From NCBI GenBank assembly GCA_965222075.1, contig OZ244937.1, positions 5,024,001 to 5,088,000 on the forward strand: a stretch of 64,000 nucleotides of DNA. The letters are read 5' to 3'. This document shows, one piece after another, positions 19,590 to 30,045 of the stretch; within the stretch, counting starts at the first letter, position 1, and every line of letters begins with the position of its first letter. Made by a program: the position numbers and the translations under genes. The notes below the pieces were generated by a model. The model worked only from the letters and a program-made list of their open reading frames with translations. It was not told the DNA's origin and searched no databases. Source of the stretch: Candidatus Latescibacterota bacterium (GTDB lineage: Bacteria; Latescibacterota; UBA2968; GCA-2709665).

Positions 19590-21836
19590 ATGAAAAAGGT
19601 TCATACAATCGGGGCGGTTGCCGTCCTGCTCGGCCTGCTGGTTTGGGGTCTGCCCGGTGCGCACGCGGACAACCTGCCGTGGCGGTTTCAGACCCGCGCG
19701 AAGGTGTGGGATATCCACTGGAACACGGGTACTCAGGGGGTTCGGGAGGGCTCATTCCTGACCTATTATCGGCCGATCGGGATGATGTACCCCGGCACGT
19801 TCATGGTGCAGTTTTCAAACGAATTCATCGACTACTGGGGCGTGCGGAGTTGGGCGGGAGCCACGCAGTGGCTCGCCTGGATGTACGAGATGGGGGCCGT
19901 TATGCCGGGGTTCGACACGTTCGTTGTGACGCGTGTGCCCGGATCCCCGGATGGGGAGTATCACGTGGCCGAATCCAAACCGACCTTCGAATCTGAGGAC
20001 ATCGTTCCGCTCGAATACGACCCGTCCCAGGGGCCGGAGGCGAGCATCGGGTATCCGAACTATTCCCCGCGGGGCCCGGCGATGGCCAACTGGTGGCCGG
20101 GGCAGCAGCCGCCTGGGGATCAGCCCATGGTCGAGATCCACAACTACCGGAAAGATCAGTACATGGATCCCGACAAGGATATGTTCCCCGAGAGTCTGAT
20201 GATCGCCCATTACGCCACCAAGCGGGGGATCAATGTAACCAAACGGGTGCTGGCGTGGGGCTATCCGGACTACGACGACTTTGAGATTGTGGACTATACG
20301 TTTGAGAACACCGGGGACCAGCAGCTCAACGACACCTTCTTTGCCTTCTCGGTCCGCTTCATGGTCTCGCACGCCGGGCACATGTGGCACGGGTACAACG
20401 CCTGGTACCGGAACACGAACCCGACCACGGATTCGGACGACCTCTACAAGTACACGGAGGCGTCCAACTACGACGGTCCCGCGTCGGGGGCGGGGCTGAA
20501 GATGTGGTATGCGTTCGACACGGACAACCCGCTGGTGCCGGGGGACGACCTGGGCCAGCCCTACAGCGTGGGCCAGGCCAGGTGGCATAACCGGGTAGGG
20601 AACATGCGGATCGAGGGCGAGATGACGGGCTACCAGTACGGGGGGCTTGCGCCGCTGGCCTACATGCCCGGGGCCGCCAACGATGCGAGTACGTGGACCT
20701 ACGATTCGAACACGTGGGAGACCGGCGACGCCAACTACGTGGCGCCCAGGGTGGCGGACCAGCCCTACAAGGTGGCCTGGACGGATTACCGCAACCGGGG
20801 CGACTACGACCAGCCGGACTCAAAGACCCATTCCTACGAAACCATGTACAACATGCTGGCCGGCGCCCCCGGCATCCAGGCCCCCCCCACAGAACCGACC
20901 GCGATCCACGGGACGACGACCTACGGGCCCTACGACTTAGCGCCCGGAGACAAGGTGAGGCTCGTATTCGTTCTGGCGGCGGCCGCCCCTGTGGAGGAGA
21001 ACATCTGGGGATGGGCGAAGCTGGGCGACCAGGATGTGATGCGCACGGATAGGACGTTCGACAACTTGGTCAAGCACGTGAACGCGGCCAAAGACGCCTT
21101 CGCGTGGGGCTACGATGTGCCCGATCCCCCGCCGGACGTGGGTACCACGGCGGGTGTGTCGGATGGCGGGTTTAATAAGCTGAGCTGGAACTCAGCTTAC
21201 GGCAGTGCCTCCGATCCTGACTACACGGGCGCTGAGGCCAATGACATCGCGGGCTATCGGGTCTACCGGTCGGAGTTTAAAGTAGGCGACTGGAAGCTTC
21301 TGGGCGATATCCCCGTTGGAACTGCCAACGAATTTGTGGACGAGAAGTCGATCGCCGGATTTACTTATTTCTACAGCGTCCGGGGCTACGATAAGGGGCA
21401 CGATGACTGGAACGGGACCGGGATGGCCATTCCCTCCTTAGAGGGTTCGAATAGCTCTCCCGAGACGTGGTCGAACGGCGTCCAGCCTCAGATCCCGTAT
21501 GTGCCGGCCACGTCTGGGGCAGATGCGATGCAGAAGCAGGTAATCGTGGTGCCCAACCCGTACAAGGTGGACGGTGCCCACGCCTACCCGGCGAGGGGCC
21601 GGATCCGGTTTTTGAATATTCCGCACAAGTCCCGAATCTGGATCTACACGATCTCCGGGGACCTTGCAGCCCGGGTCGACCACGACGATCCGACAAAGGG
21701 CGAGGCGAACTGGGAACAGGTCGACATCCACGTCACCGGATCGGTCTCCCCTGGCATGTATTACTACGTGGTTGAATCGCTTCTGCCGGAGAGCCAGGGG
21801 AAGATCCAGAAGGGTGCCTTTATGATTATCAAGTGA
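19590..21836 (+). CDS. Secreted protein 1 with FN3-like module and T9SS-like C-terminal domain
   Basis: SPI-type signal (AHA, no lipobox); LSWN..AGYRVYRS..YFYSVRGYD; VIVVPNPY..IRFLNIP..IYTISGDL..GMYYYVV..FMIIK. Confidence 0.8.
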   Translation: MKKVHTIGAVAVLLGLLVWGLPGAHADNLPWRFQTRAKVWDIHWNTGTQGVREGSFLTYYRPIGMMYPGTFMVQFSNEFIDYWGVRSWAGATQWLAWMYEMGAVMPGFDTFVVTRVPGSPDGEYHVAESKPTFESEDIVPLEYDPSQGPEASIGYPNYSPRGPAMANWWPGQQPPGDQPMVEIHNYRKDQYMDPDKDMFPESLMIAHYATKRGINVTKRVLAWGYPDYDDFEIVDYTFENTGDQQLNDTFFAFSVRFMVSHAGHMWHGYNAWYRNTNPTTDSDDLYKYTEASNYDGPASGAGLKMWYAFDTDNPLVPGDDLGQPYSVGQARWHNRVGNMRIEGEMTGYQYGGLAPLAYMPGAANDASTWTYDSNTWETGDANYVAPRVADQPYKVAWTDYRNRGDYDQPDSKTHSYETMYNMLAGAPGIQAPPTEPTAIHGTTTYGPYDLAPGDKVRLVFVLAAAAPVEENIWGWAKLGDQDVMRTDRTFDNLVKHVNAAKDAFAWGYDVPDPPPDVGTTAGVSDGGFNKLSWNSAYGSASDPDYTGAEANDIAGYRVYRSEFKVGDWKLLGDIPVGTANEFVDEKSIAGFTYFYSVRGYDKGHDDWNGTGMAIPSLEGSNSSPETWSNGVQPQIPYVPATSGADAMQKQVIVVPNPYKVDGAHAYPARGRIRFLNIPHKSRIWIYTISGDLAARVDHDDPTKGEANWEQVDIHVTGSVSPGMYYYVVESLLPESQGKIQKGAFMIIK

Positions 21837-21901
21837 GCCCCCAGGGGCTGCGTTCACCTGCTGGAAATTCTCTCGACGGGATTGGAAAAGGAGATAGAGC
21901 T

Positions 21902-22873
21902 ATGAAACGCGTTTTGATGTTCGGACTGATAGGCTTGGCAATCTGCGCACTGGTTGCGCCGCCGCCCGCTGCCGGTCAGGAGGAGGTAATCAGTACCGGT
22001 CAGAAGCGGGTGGGGCGGGCTGTGCTGTCGGTGCTGAAGGTGGATCAGGGAGCACGCGCCGCTGGGATGGGCGGGGCGTATGTGGCCATTGCGGATGACA
22101 TCAACACAGTTTTTGTGAATCCGGCCGGGTTGACCCACGTTGAGCGGGCTGAGTATACGTTTTCTTACACCCGCTGGCTGGTGGATTCCAAATTTTACTC
22201 AGGCGCGGTGGCCTACAATGTTGAGCGGGGCGTCTTAGGGTTGAGTGTGTTCGCTCATTCGCCGCCTAAGATGCTGGAGACAACGATCTTCCAGCCCTTG
22301 GGCACGGGCCGAGAGTTGGATGCAGGGGATGTTAGCATCGGTCTGACATTCGCCAGGAAATTGACGGACAGGCTCTCATTCGGCGTGCAGGTGCGCTGGA
22401 CGCAGGAGACCCTGGATGTGGACCGGATCAGCTCGGTGGATATGAATCTGGGGACGCTGTTCTACACGGGCTACCGGTCTCTGCGGCTGGGGATGACGTT
22501 TTTGAACCTGGGGAAGGACCAGAAGATCCTGGAAACGGAATACCACCTGCCGGTGGCGTTCAATCTGGCCACTGCAATGGAGATCATAGGCAATAAAGGC
22601 GACCAGACCTACCTCACCGCGACGGTCGAGAACTACTTCGCTACCGATTTTGCAGAACCGCAGTATCGGTTAGGCGGTGAGCTCTGGTTCCAGAACACGG
22701 TGGCGCTCCGGGGTGGCTATCGGATCAACTACGACCTGGAGACGTTCAGCGTGGGGGCGGGGGTGAAGTTCCAGCCGGTTGAGGGCAGAGAGATCCGTGC
22801 GGATTTCGCGTACAGCGATTTCGGCAGGTTTTTCGATGCGCCGCTACGGTTTAGCCTGAGCGGATCGTTCTAA
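21902..22873 (+). CDS. PorV/PorQ (UPF0164) family outer-membrane barrel 1
   Basis: LKVDQGARAAGMGGAYVAIADD..NPAGL, G.EL WFQNTVALRGGY pattern, C-terminal F. Confidence 0.87.
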   Translation: MKRVLMFGLIGLAICALVAPPPAAGQEEVISTGQKRVGRAVLSVLKVDQGARAAGMGGAYVAIADDINTVFVNPAGLTHVERAEYTFSYTRWLVDSKFYSGAVAYNVERGVLGLSVFAHSPPKMLETTIFQPLGTGRELDAGDVSIGLTFARKLTDRLSFGVQVRWTQETLDVDRISSVDMNLGTLFYTGYRSLRLGMTFLNLGKDQKILETEYHLPVAFNLATAMEIIGNKGDQTYLTATVENYFATDFAEPQYRLGGELWFQNTVALRGGYRINYDLETFSVGAGVKFQPVEGREIRADFAYSDFGRFFDAPLRFSLSGSF

Positions 22874-22903
22874 CCGGCCCATCGTGTCCACGGACGATAT
22901 GGT

Positions 22904-22941
22904 GAAATGGCAGTCTGTAAAAGGACTGCCATTTCTCTTTT
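22904..22941 (+). terminator. Intrinsic terminator closing cassette 1
   Basis: GAAATGGCAGTC/GACTGCCATTTC followed by TCTTTT. Confidence 0.75.
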
Positions 22942-23017
22942 ACGAGGTTCTGAACGATTTGTCTCAGGGGCAGACCTGTGTGTCTGCTACGAAGAATCGG
23001 GCAAGAAGATAGGGGGC

Positions 23018-25456
23018 ATGACCATGTTGGCGTTAAAGGTGCTGAAGGCTGAGGTCAATCGGGTGGTGCTGCGGGTGGATCTGAAAGAACATAAGGGGGC
23101 GCGGATATTCCGGGCGCACCGGCCATCCGGGCCGTATGAAGAGGTGGGGGTGGCTTTTGAGGAGAGGTATGTGGATGCGGCGGACTTAGAGGCGGGGAAG
23201 ACCTATTACTACCGTTCGTTGGGCTGGAGGGCCCCCAGTCTGTATCCTGAGGTGGGGGACCAGGACGGCGGAAAGCCAGTTTCTGCGGTCGTTCCGAAGG
23301 CGCCGAAGGAGAGGCAGGTGGTGGTGACGCGGAAGCGGCAGGCGTTTACGGTGAACGTGGGCGGGTTCCTGGATGAGTCGAATACGGTAACGGTGGGGCC
23401 GGAGGTTTACTGCCCCGGGCCGAATTCGAGCATGCCGCCCTATGAGCAGGCGTTCGAGCCAAACCTGTATGTGGCGATCGAGAATATAGGCGAGACGGAT
23501 GTGGAGAACCCGTGGGTGGTGGCCAACGGGCAACGGGACTGGTGGTCGGTGGAGACGATGACCCGGGAGATCGCCGGCATTGCCGGCGGCGGCCGGCTGA
23601 GCGGTAAGGATAAAATGATGGCGATCTGGAAGTTCGTGGTGGACGAACTTTACGACAGCAGGATCGGTTTGTCCTGGTTCGACGGTACAAGCGATCCGGT
23701 CAAACTGTTCAATGTTTACGGGTTTGAGGGCTGTGTGGCAAACGCGATCACAAGCCGGCGCCTGGCCGAGGCGATGGGGCTGAAAGCCCGGGAGATCTGG
23801 CTGGGAGGCACCATCGACGGCTACGGCCGGGGGCGCAGTTGCGGGCACGATATTTTTGAGGCGTATGTGGACGGGACGTGGCATTTTCTGGATACGGATC
23901 TGATGGTATTTTTTTTGGGGCGGGACAATATGACGGTGGCCGGTTCGGAGGACCTGGCCCGGGATATCGACCTGCTGCGCCGGTCGCACCGAAACCTGGG
24001 GCTGTGCGGCCGGGATTTGCCGGAGAAAGATTATTACTACACCCCATTCCGGGAGCGGCAGTTTGTGTATCCGCCGAACAAGGGCGGAGCCTGGATGGAC
24101 AAGGCAGGCGGGATTAAACAGGCGCCGGGGAGATATCCGCCTGCGCGTACGATGGGGTTGCGGCTGCGTCCCGGGGAGAAGTTGGTGCGCTACTGGGGCA
24201 ATGTGGGAAAAAATGTGGTCCGGGGGAGGCGGCTGTACCCGGAGGTGCGGTTTTCCAACGGCAAGCTGGTCTACCGGCCGGACCTGTGCCGCCCGCTCTC
24301 TTTGAAAGGGACCGAGGAGGTGAAGGGCGTGGTGCAGGAGACGTCCGGGAGGGGTGTTGCGCTGCATCCGGAGAAGACGGGGGCGGTATCAGAGGTGGTG
24401 TGGAAGGTGGCGTCGCCCTATGCGATTGCCGGAGCGCGGGTGGGGGTCAGGTGCCGGCGGGAGACGCAGGAGGACGGTTTGGAGGTGCTGTTTTCGAAGG
24501 ACGGGAAGAACTGGCGGTCTGTATGGGTTGCCATCGGGCAGCGGCTGGATGCCTGTGTGGAGCTGGACTGGTACCTCAATCCGGCGCTGAACGATTGGCG
24601 GGAGGAGACAGATCTTGGATGGCGGATGGGGCCGTGCTACACATATTATATTAAGGTGGCAATGTGGGCAGGGTCCAGACCCGATGCGGTGGGACTGGAG
24701 GCGATCCGTTTTGATACGGATATCCAGTGCGCCACCCGGTCTTTGCCGGCGCTGTTTTGCGGGAAGAATACGATTGCCTACCGGGACGACAGCCGGGGAG
24801 GGCGGAAGGTAAGGGTGACGTATGGGTGGCAAGAGGAACATTCGATCCGGCCACCCGGAGCGCCGGGGCTGACGTATCCAAAGGACGGGGCGGATGTGAA
24901 CCGGCTGGATTTCGAGTTCCGATGGAAGCGTTCCAAAGGGGGCAGCGGGAAGGTGGACGATTACCATATCCAGGTGAGCCGGTATGCGGATTTCAGGTGG
25001 TGCGTATGTCCCACGTTCAACCGGTATGTGGGGCGTACGGGGTATGCGGGTAAGACACGGTGGCAGGCGGAGTTTCCAAATCTGCTGAATCCGGATGAGG
25101 CCTACTACTGGCGTGTGCGGGCGCGGAATGCGAAGGGGGTGTGGGGAGAGTGGAGTGAGGTGCGGTCGTTTGTGCCCCACGGCCCTCGTCTTCCGGTGGG
25201 TCTTGAGGTGGGGGGGCGAGGCAAGGGGAGGGCGCTGGTGTGGTCGGCGAATGGAGAGGGGAATCCGCCGGTGGCATATCGGGTTCACGGTTCGATGGAG
25301 GCCGGGGGGTTTTCGGCGGGTGAGGAGAATTTGCTGGGTGTTGTGGAGGAGGCGCGCTGGCCGTTGAACGACGCGAAGAAGGGGATGTCTTACCGGGTGG
25401 TGGCGGTGGATGCGCGGGGGGTGCCGAGTACGCCGTCGGAGTATGTTACGGTGTGA
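23018..25456 (+). CDS. Large hypothetical protein, transglutaminase-like core plus FN3-like domains (paralog 1)
   Basis: YGFEGCVANA, GHDIFE, WHFLDTD; YYWRVRARN..WGEWS. Confidence 0.75.
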   Translation: MTMLALKVLKAEVNRVVLRVDLKEHKGARIFRAHRPSGPYEEVGVAFEERYVDAADLEAGKTYYYRSLGWRAPSLYPEVGDQDGGKPVSAVVPKAPKERQVVVTRKRQAFTVNVGGFLDESNTVTVGPEVYCPGPNSSMPPYEQAFEPNLYVAIENIGETDVENPWVVANGQRDWWSVETMTREIAGIAGGGRLSGKDKMMAIWKFVVDELYDSRIGLSWFDGTSDPVKLFNVYGFEGCVANAITSRRLAEAMGLKAREIWLGGTIDGYGRGRSCGHDIFEAYVDGTWHFLDTDLMVFFLGRDNMTVAGSEDLARDIDLLRRSHRNLGLCGRDLPEKDYYYTPFRERQFVYPPNKGGAWMDKAGGIKQAPGRYPPARTMGLRLRPGEKLVRYWGNVGKNVVRGRRLYPEVRFSNGKLVYRPDLCRPLSLKGTEEVKGVVQETSGRGVALHPEKTGAVSEVVWKVASPYAIAGARVGVRCRRETQEDGLEVLFSKDGKNWRSVWVAIGQRLDACVELDWYLNPALNDWREETDLGWRMGPCYTYYIKVAMWAGSRPDAVGLEAIRFDTDIQCATRSLPALFCGKNTIAYRDDSRGGRKVRVTYGWQEEHSIRPPGAPGLTYPKDGADVNRLDFEFRWKRSKGGSGKVDDYHIQVSRYADFRWCVCPTFNRYVGRTGYAGKTRWQAEFPNLLNPDEAYYWRVRARNAKGVWGEWSEVRSFVPHGPRLPVGLEVGGRGKGRALVWSANGEGNPPVAYRVHGSMEAGGFSAGEENLLGVVEEARWPLNDAKKGMSYRVVAVDARGVPSTPSEYVTV

Positions 25457-25512
25457 GCGCAACCCAACCTCTTCCCTAAACGAAGTTTGATAAATTAGTC
25501 GGAGGGTAGAAT

Positions 25513-26565
25513 ATGTCCAAGGGTGAATATCGCGGCGTTATTGTGGGGCTGACGGGGATCGGGGCGCGGCGGCCTCCGGAGGAGGAAAACCTTCCGGTAT
25601 ACGGGGCGATGCCTACATCCCATGCGTCCGCCTATTACCGGTGCCCGCAGACGGAACTGGTGGGGGTGTGCGACCTGCGGGAGGAGGCGCTGGCCGATTT
25701 CAAGGCGAATTGGGGGGATGTGTGGCCGAAGATGCATTACTATACCGATTATCGGGAGATGTTGGAGACCGAGAAGCCGGATCTGCTGAGCGTGGCGACT
25801 TCGGACCACCTCCATGCGGATATCGTGGTGGCGGCGGTGGAAGGCGGTGTGCCTGCGATTCTGTGTGAAAAGCCGCTTGCGACCACGCTGGCGGATGCGG
25901 ACCGGATGATTGCTGCGGCCGAGGCTGGCGGGACGCTGCTTTCAGTGGATCATTCCCGGCGGTGGTATCCGCATTATCTGAGGGCGAGGGAGATTGTCCG
26001 GAGCGGGGAGATTGGGCCGCTGCACACGGTCGGGTGTGAGATGTTCGGCCTGCGGTCGATGCTGTTCCGGAATGGTACCCATGCGCTGGATACGGTCTGT
26101 TTTTTCGCCGAGGGGGATCCCAAGTGGCTGGTGGCCGAATTGGAGGAGGGGTTTGAACATTTTACCGAGTATCAAGGTGGGGGGGGGAAGGATGCTGCGA
26201 GCGATCCGTATGCGTCGGCCTACATCCGGTTTGGGAATGGGGTGAGGGCTTTTTACAATTCGTTCAAGACGGCGTTTCCCGGCTGGCGGTTTGTGCTGAC
26301 TTGCGAGGAGGGTCGGGTGGAGGCAACGGATACGTCCGCGCGGCTGATCCGGGGGTCGTCTTTTGAGACGACCGAGATCGTGCCGGGGAACTATATGATA
26401 CAGGAGAAGGGGGCGATGGTGGCGGAGTTGGCCTACGTGCTGGAAAACGGCGGGGAACTGGTCTCTCCGGCCCGGGAAGCGCGGAAGACGCTGGAGATCA
26501 TTTTGGGGATTTTGAAGTCACATCACAGCGGGAACTGCCGGGTCGATTTCCCGCTGGTACTGTGA
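25513..26565 (+). CDS. Gfo/Idh/MocA oxidoreductase
   Basis: IVGLTGIG, LVGVCD, SVATSDHLH, CEKPLA, GTHALD. Confidence 0.92.
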   Translation: MSKGEYRGVIVGLTGIGARRPPEEENLPVYGAMPTSHASAYYRCPQTELVGVCDLREEALADFKANWGDVWPKMHYYTDYREMLETEKPDLLSVATSDHLHADIVVAAVEGGVPAILCEKPLATTLADADRMIAAAEAGGTLLSVDHSRRWYPHYLRAREIVRSGEIGPLHTVGCEMFGLRSMLFRNGTHALDTVCFFAEGDPKWLVAELEEGFEHFTEYQGGGGKDAASDPYASAYIRFGNGVRAFYNSFKTAFPGWRFVLTCEEGRVEATDTSARLIRGSSFETTEIVPGNYMIQEKGAMVAELAYVLENGGELVSPAREARKTLEIILGILKSHHSGNCRVDFPLVL

Positions 26566-26577
26566 GGAGGAGCAGAT

Positions 26578-27504
26578 ATGTCGTCGCGTCAGGTCTACAT
26601 TTCAGGGCAGATGGTTGCGGAAGAGGAGGCGAAGATTTCGATCTTCGATACCGCGGTCACTTTGGGCGATACGGTTACCGAATCGACGCGCACGTTTGGA
26701 CATCGGCCGTTCAAGCTGGACCGGCACATCGAACGGCTGTATCAGTCGCTGAAGGTGACGCGGATCGATCCGGGGTGCGGGCCGAAGGAGATGGCGCGGG
26801 TTACCCTGGATCTGCTGGAGAGGAATCTGTCGCTTATCGGACCGGAGGAGGATTACTGGATTGTACACAATATCTCGCGCGGGGTTTCTATGCCGGGGCC
26901 CGATCCCACGGTGCAGCGGGGGGCAGCGACGGTGATGGTCCACAATGCGCCCATGGATCTGCGCGGGTGGGCGGCGTTCTACGGTGCGGGCTGCCACGCG
27001 GTAACCGCGATGAGCCGGATGATTCCCTCGCAGTCGCTGGATGCGCGGGTGAAGAACCGCAGCCGAATGGCTTATACGCTTGCGGAGGTGGAGGTGAAGC
27101 TGGTGGATGCGGGGGCGCAGGGGGTCATTCTGGATATCTACGGGAATGTGGGGGAGAACAAGGGGGGGAATATTTTTGTGGTGAGCAAGGAGGAGTTGCG
27201 AACACCGACGACGCAGAACTGCCTGGCCGGGATCAGCCGGGAGACGGTTCTGGAGCTGGCGGAAGAACTGGGGATTCCCGCGCGGGAGGAGACGCTGCAG
27301 CCGTACGATCTGTACACGGCCGACGAGCTTTTTTTCACGAGTACACCGTACTGTATTATGCCGGCCACCCGTTTCAACGGTTTGCCGGTGGGAGACGGGG
27401 AGGTAGGGGCGGTGACCAGGCGTTTGCTGGGCGCGTGGAGCGCGCTGGTGGGGGTGGATATTGTGAAGCAGGCAGAGGCACAGATGAAGGGTGAAGAAGC
27501 GTGA
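26578..27504 (+). CDS. Class IV PLP aminotransferase (IlvE/D-amino acid aminotransferase-like)
   Basis: HIERLYQS, RVKNRSR (PLP Lys), ENKGGNIF, LAGISRETV, ADELFFTST. Confidence 0.92.
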   Translation: MSSRQVYISGQMVAEEEAKISIFDTAVTLGDTVTESTRTFGHRPFKLDRHIERLYQSLKVTRIDPGCGPKEMARVTLDLLERNLSLIGPEEDYWIVHNISRGVSMPGPDPTVQRGAATVMVHNAPMDLRGWAAFYGAGCHAVTAMSRMIPSQSLDARVKNRSRMAYTLAEVEVKLVDAGAQGVILDIYGNVGENKGGNIFVVSKEELRTPTTQNCLAGISRETVLELAEELGIPAREETLQPYDLYTADELFFTSTPYCIMPATRFNGLPVGDGEVGAVTRRLLGAWSALVGVDIVKQAEAQMKGEEA

Positions 27505-27514
27505 CCTGTCCGGC

Positions 27515-27898
27515 CTATAGCGGTTCCGGGCGATATACGAGCTGGAGGAGATTGCCTTCGGGGTCGGGGAAGAAGTCGAATCGGGTTCCGGTGGGGGACC
27601 GATGGGAGGGGCCCACGAAGGTGACGCCCCGGTCCTCCAGGGTCTGACGGGCGGCCTGGAAGTCTTCCACTTTCAGGGCGATGTGACGGATGCCTGCGTC
27701 GTCCCCGGCGTGGTGGATCGGGGTGCGGTCGTTGGAGGGTAAGATTTCCAGGATGCCCCCTTCGGGAAGGCGGAGGAAATAGGTCCGGTCTTCATCGGAG
27801 CCGTGGGCGGTTTCGAAGCCGAGCGTGTCGCAGTACCAGCGGGCGAGTGAAGGGGGATCGGCGGCGACGATGGCGATGTGTTCGATTGCTTTGATCAC
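27515..27898 (-). CDS. VOC/glyoxalase family protein
   Basis: IEHIAIV, WYCDTLGF, GIRHIALKVED, FFPDPEGNLLQL. Confidence 0.9.
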   Translation of the reverse strand: MIKAIEHIAIVAADPPSLARWYCDTLGFETAHGSDEDRTYFLRLPEGGILEILPSNDRTPIHHAGDDAGIRHIALKVEDFQAARQTLEDRGVTFVGPSHRSPTGTRFDFFPDPEGNLLQLVYRPEPL

Positions 27899-28923
27899 TT
27901 GTCCGTCTCCTGTGGAAGCGGGATGTCACGGCCCTCTTTAAGGGCGCGGTCGATGGCGGAAGCGACCTGGATGGCGGCGAGGCCGTCGCGGGCGGTAACG
28001 ACGGGCGCCCACAGGTCCCGCACGACGCCGGCAAAGTGCCGGACGAGGGAGCGATAGGTTCTCTCGGTCTGGCCGTGGACAACGGGCGCGGTGGTTATGT
28101 CGGGATACTCGACGGTGTTTTCGCCGTAGAGGGCCAGGCCGTTTTCGTAGGCCAGCACTTCTGCGGCGCCGGCTGTGCCCTGTGCGGTGAAAAGTGGATT
28201 CTGCGGCCGCCCGCCCTGGGCCGGGGTGCCCCAGGTGTTTTCCAGGATGCCGATGGCACCGCTGGCGAAAGTGAGCACGGCGAGGATATAATCCTGTCGG
28301 GTTTTCCCGCCGGCGTGCGAATAGGCCCTGGCCTCTACGACCGGGCTGCCGGCCGTCCAGAGCATCATGTCGATGTCGTGGGGAAGCAGCCAGCAGGCGA
28401 GTGGGAAGCGGCCGAGCACACGGTCGACGGCTTCCGGCCGTGAATTTCGGCGGCTGTACATGTGGAAGATGTCCCCGATTTTGCCATCGGCCACCGCCTG
28501 GCGCATGGCTGCGTAGCGGGGATCGAAGCGGAGGTTGTGGCAGACCATGTGTTTCAGGCCGGCCTCCTCAACGCGCTGTAGCATTTGAGCGGCGTCATCC
28601 GGAGAGGTGGCCATTGGTTTTTCGATCAGGATGTGCTTGCCTGCTTTGGCCGACGCCAGGAAGGGGTGCAGGTGCGCCCATTCGGAGGCGGCGACGATGA
28701 CGGCTTCGATGTGGGGATGGTCGGCCAACATCTCGCGGTAGCGGGCGCCGGTGTAGGCCGGCACGCCCAGGGATTTGCCCACGGCCGGGGCCGTGACCTC
28801 CCCGTGGCCGCAGACGGCCACCAGGCGAGTGGTGGCGAGTTCGTCTATGATTCGAGCGTAGAGGCTGCCCATCCGGCCGGGGCCTATGACGGCGATATCT
28901 ACGGGTTGTGTCGGCTCGTTCAT
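27895..28923 (-). CDS. Gfo/Idh/MocA oxidoreductase
   Basis: IAVIGPGRMG, GKHILIEKPMA, LRFDPRY, PHDID; GGAG RBS before ATG 28923. Confidence 0.92.
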   Translation of the reverse strand: MNEPTQPVDIAVIGPGRMGSLYARIIDELATTRLVAVCGHGEVTAPAVGKSLGVPAYTGARYREMLADHPHIEAVIVAASEWAHLHPFLASAKAGKHILIEKPMATSPDDAAQMLQRVEEAGLKHMVCHNLRFDPRYAAMRQAVADGKIGDIFHMYSRRNSRPEAVDRVLGRFPLACWLLPHDIDMMLWTAGSPVVEARAYSHAGGKTRQDYILAVLTFASGAIGILENTWGTPAQGGRPQNPLFTAQGTAGAAEVLAYENGLALYGENTVEYPDITTAPVVHGQTERTYRSLVRHFAGVVRDLWAPVVTARDGLAAIQVASAIDRALKEGRDIPLPQETDK

Positions 28924-29143
28924 TGGTTGCTCCATATATATTGAAGCTATGGTGTCTGATGGGTTTGCCTTCATTCGTAATGTAATGTTTGAACTGTTCC
29001 GGAACAAGCTTTTTATGCTAAGAGGAGGGTGATGTGGTAGCATCCAGGGCCGGGTCTTCAGGAGACCGGGAAGAAAATCAAAAACTGTTTGCATTACTCA
29101 CCAGGAATTTTAAAACAGCTTCTTAGAATCCATAAAAAACCGC

Positions 29144-29209
29144 TTGACAACGAAGAATTGGGATCTTATCTTTCTTCCAGGTTGATTAATCAGTTAATTA
29201 GTTAATCAG
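29144..29209 (+). promoter_or_regulatory. Promoter and candidate GntR operator
   Basis: TTGACA-17 bp-TATCTT; downstream TGATTAATCA palindrome within TTAATCAG-TTAATTAG-TTAATCAG. Confidence 0.6.
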
Positions 29210-29261
29210 AAATACGGCCGGTGGGTGCATTTGTACAGGCTGGTGTTCAGGATATAACATA

Positions 29262-29951
29262 TTGATTCAGGAGGATTTAGTGGTAAGACAGCGTTTTGAC
29301 GGTCAGGCATCCCACGCGTACAAGACGCTACGGCACTGGATTTTGAGCGGCAACCTCGCTCCAGGTTCAAGGATCAACGTGCGAGAATCCATCGCCGAGT
29401 TGGGCACCAGCAACGGTCCAGTGCGCGATGCCCTCATCCAGCTCAGGAGTGAGCACCTGGTCCAGGGAGGGCACGGGCAGAACTGGACGGTGACCCGGGT
29501 AACACGTGAGATGATCGACGAGGGAATGATTGTGCGGGAAGGGCTGGAGGCACAGAGCGCGCGGTGCTGCGCGGTGTCGGCGACGCCGATGGGTATCCAA
29601 AGGCTGATGAAGCTTGCCGAGGAGCTCGACGACCGAGTTGAAGCGGGGCTGGACGCTGACGACTTGACGACTGAACTGGACGAACGCTTCCATCTCATGG
29701 TTGCAGAGACGGCCGGATGTGGCTGGCTCCGTGAAGAGATCAAACGCTGGACAGTTGTCATGACGTGGGCCGGACGGTTCATTGGCAACCTTAAAACGAA
29801 AGGTGAGAGTCACGTGGAGGTCGTCCGGGCGATCGCGACCGGGGACCCCGATGCAGCCGGCAGGCAGATGCGGCAGCACATCCTTCATCCGTGGCAGGAA
29901 ATGAAGTGGGAAGTGCACGAAACGGCCACACCGAAATCGGCTGTTGGTTGA
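29262..29951 (+). CDS. GntR (FCD-type) transcriptional regulator
   Basis: AYKTLRHWILSGNLAPGSRI..ELGTSNGPVRDALIQL; LDERFHLMV; HVEVVRAIATGD..MRQHI. Confidence 0.92.
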   Translation: MIQEDLVVRQRFDGQASHAYKTLRHWILSGNLAPGSRINVRESIAELGTSNGPVRDALIQLRSEHLVQGGHGQNWTVTRVTREMIDEGMIVREGLEAQSARCCAVSATPMGIQRLMKLAEELDDRVEAGLDADDLTTELDERFHLMVAETAGCGWLREEIKRWTVVMTWAGRFIGNLKTKGESHVEVVRAIATGDPDAAGRQMRQHILHPWQEMKWEVHETATPKSAVG

Positions 29952-30045
29952 GCGCACAGTTAAGCACATAAAATGGTCAGCCGGATCGTCTGGCTGCGGA
30001 TGTTTTATACGTAAGAAGCTGCTTGGAGCCGGAAGGAGGTAGGGT

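Noticed and set aside
19590-21836. Calling the receptor partners SusD
   Set aside because: No lipobox cysteine or SusD-like helical motifs; FN3-like and CTD features instead
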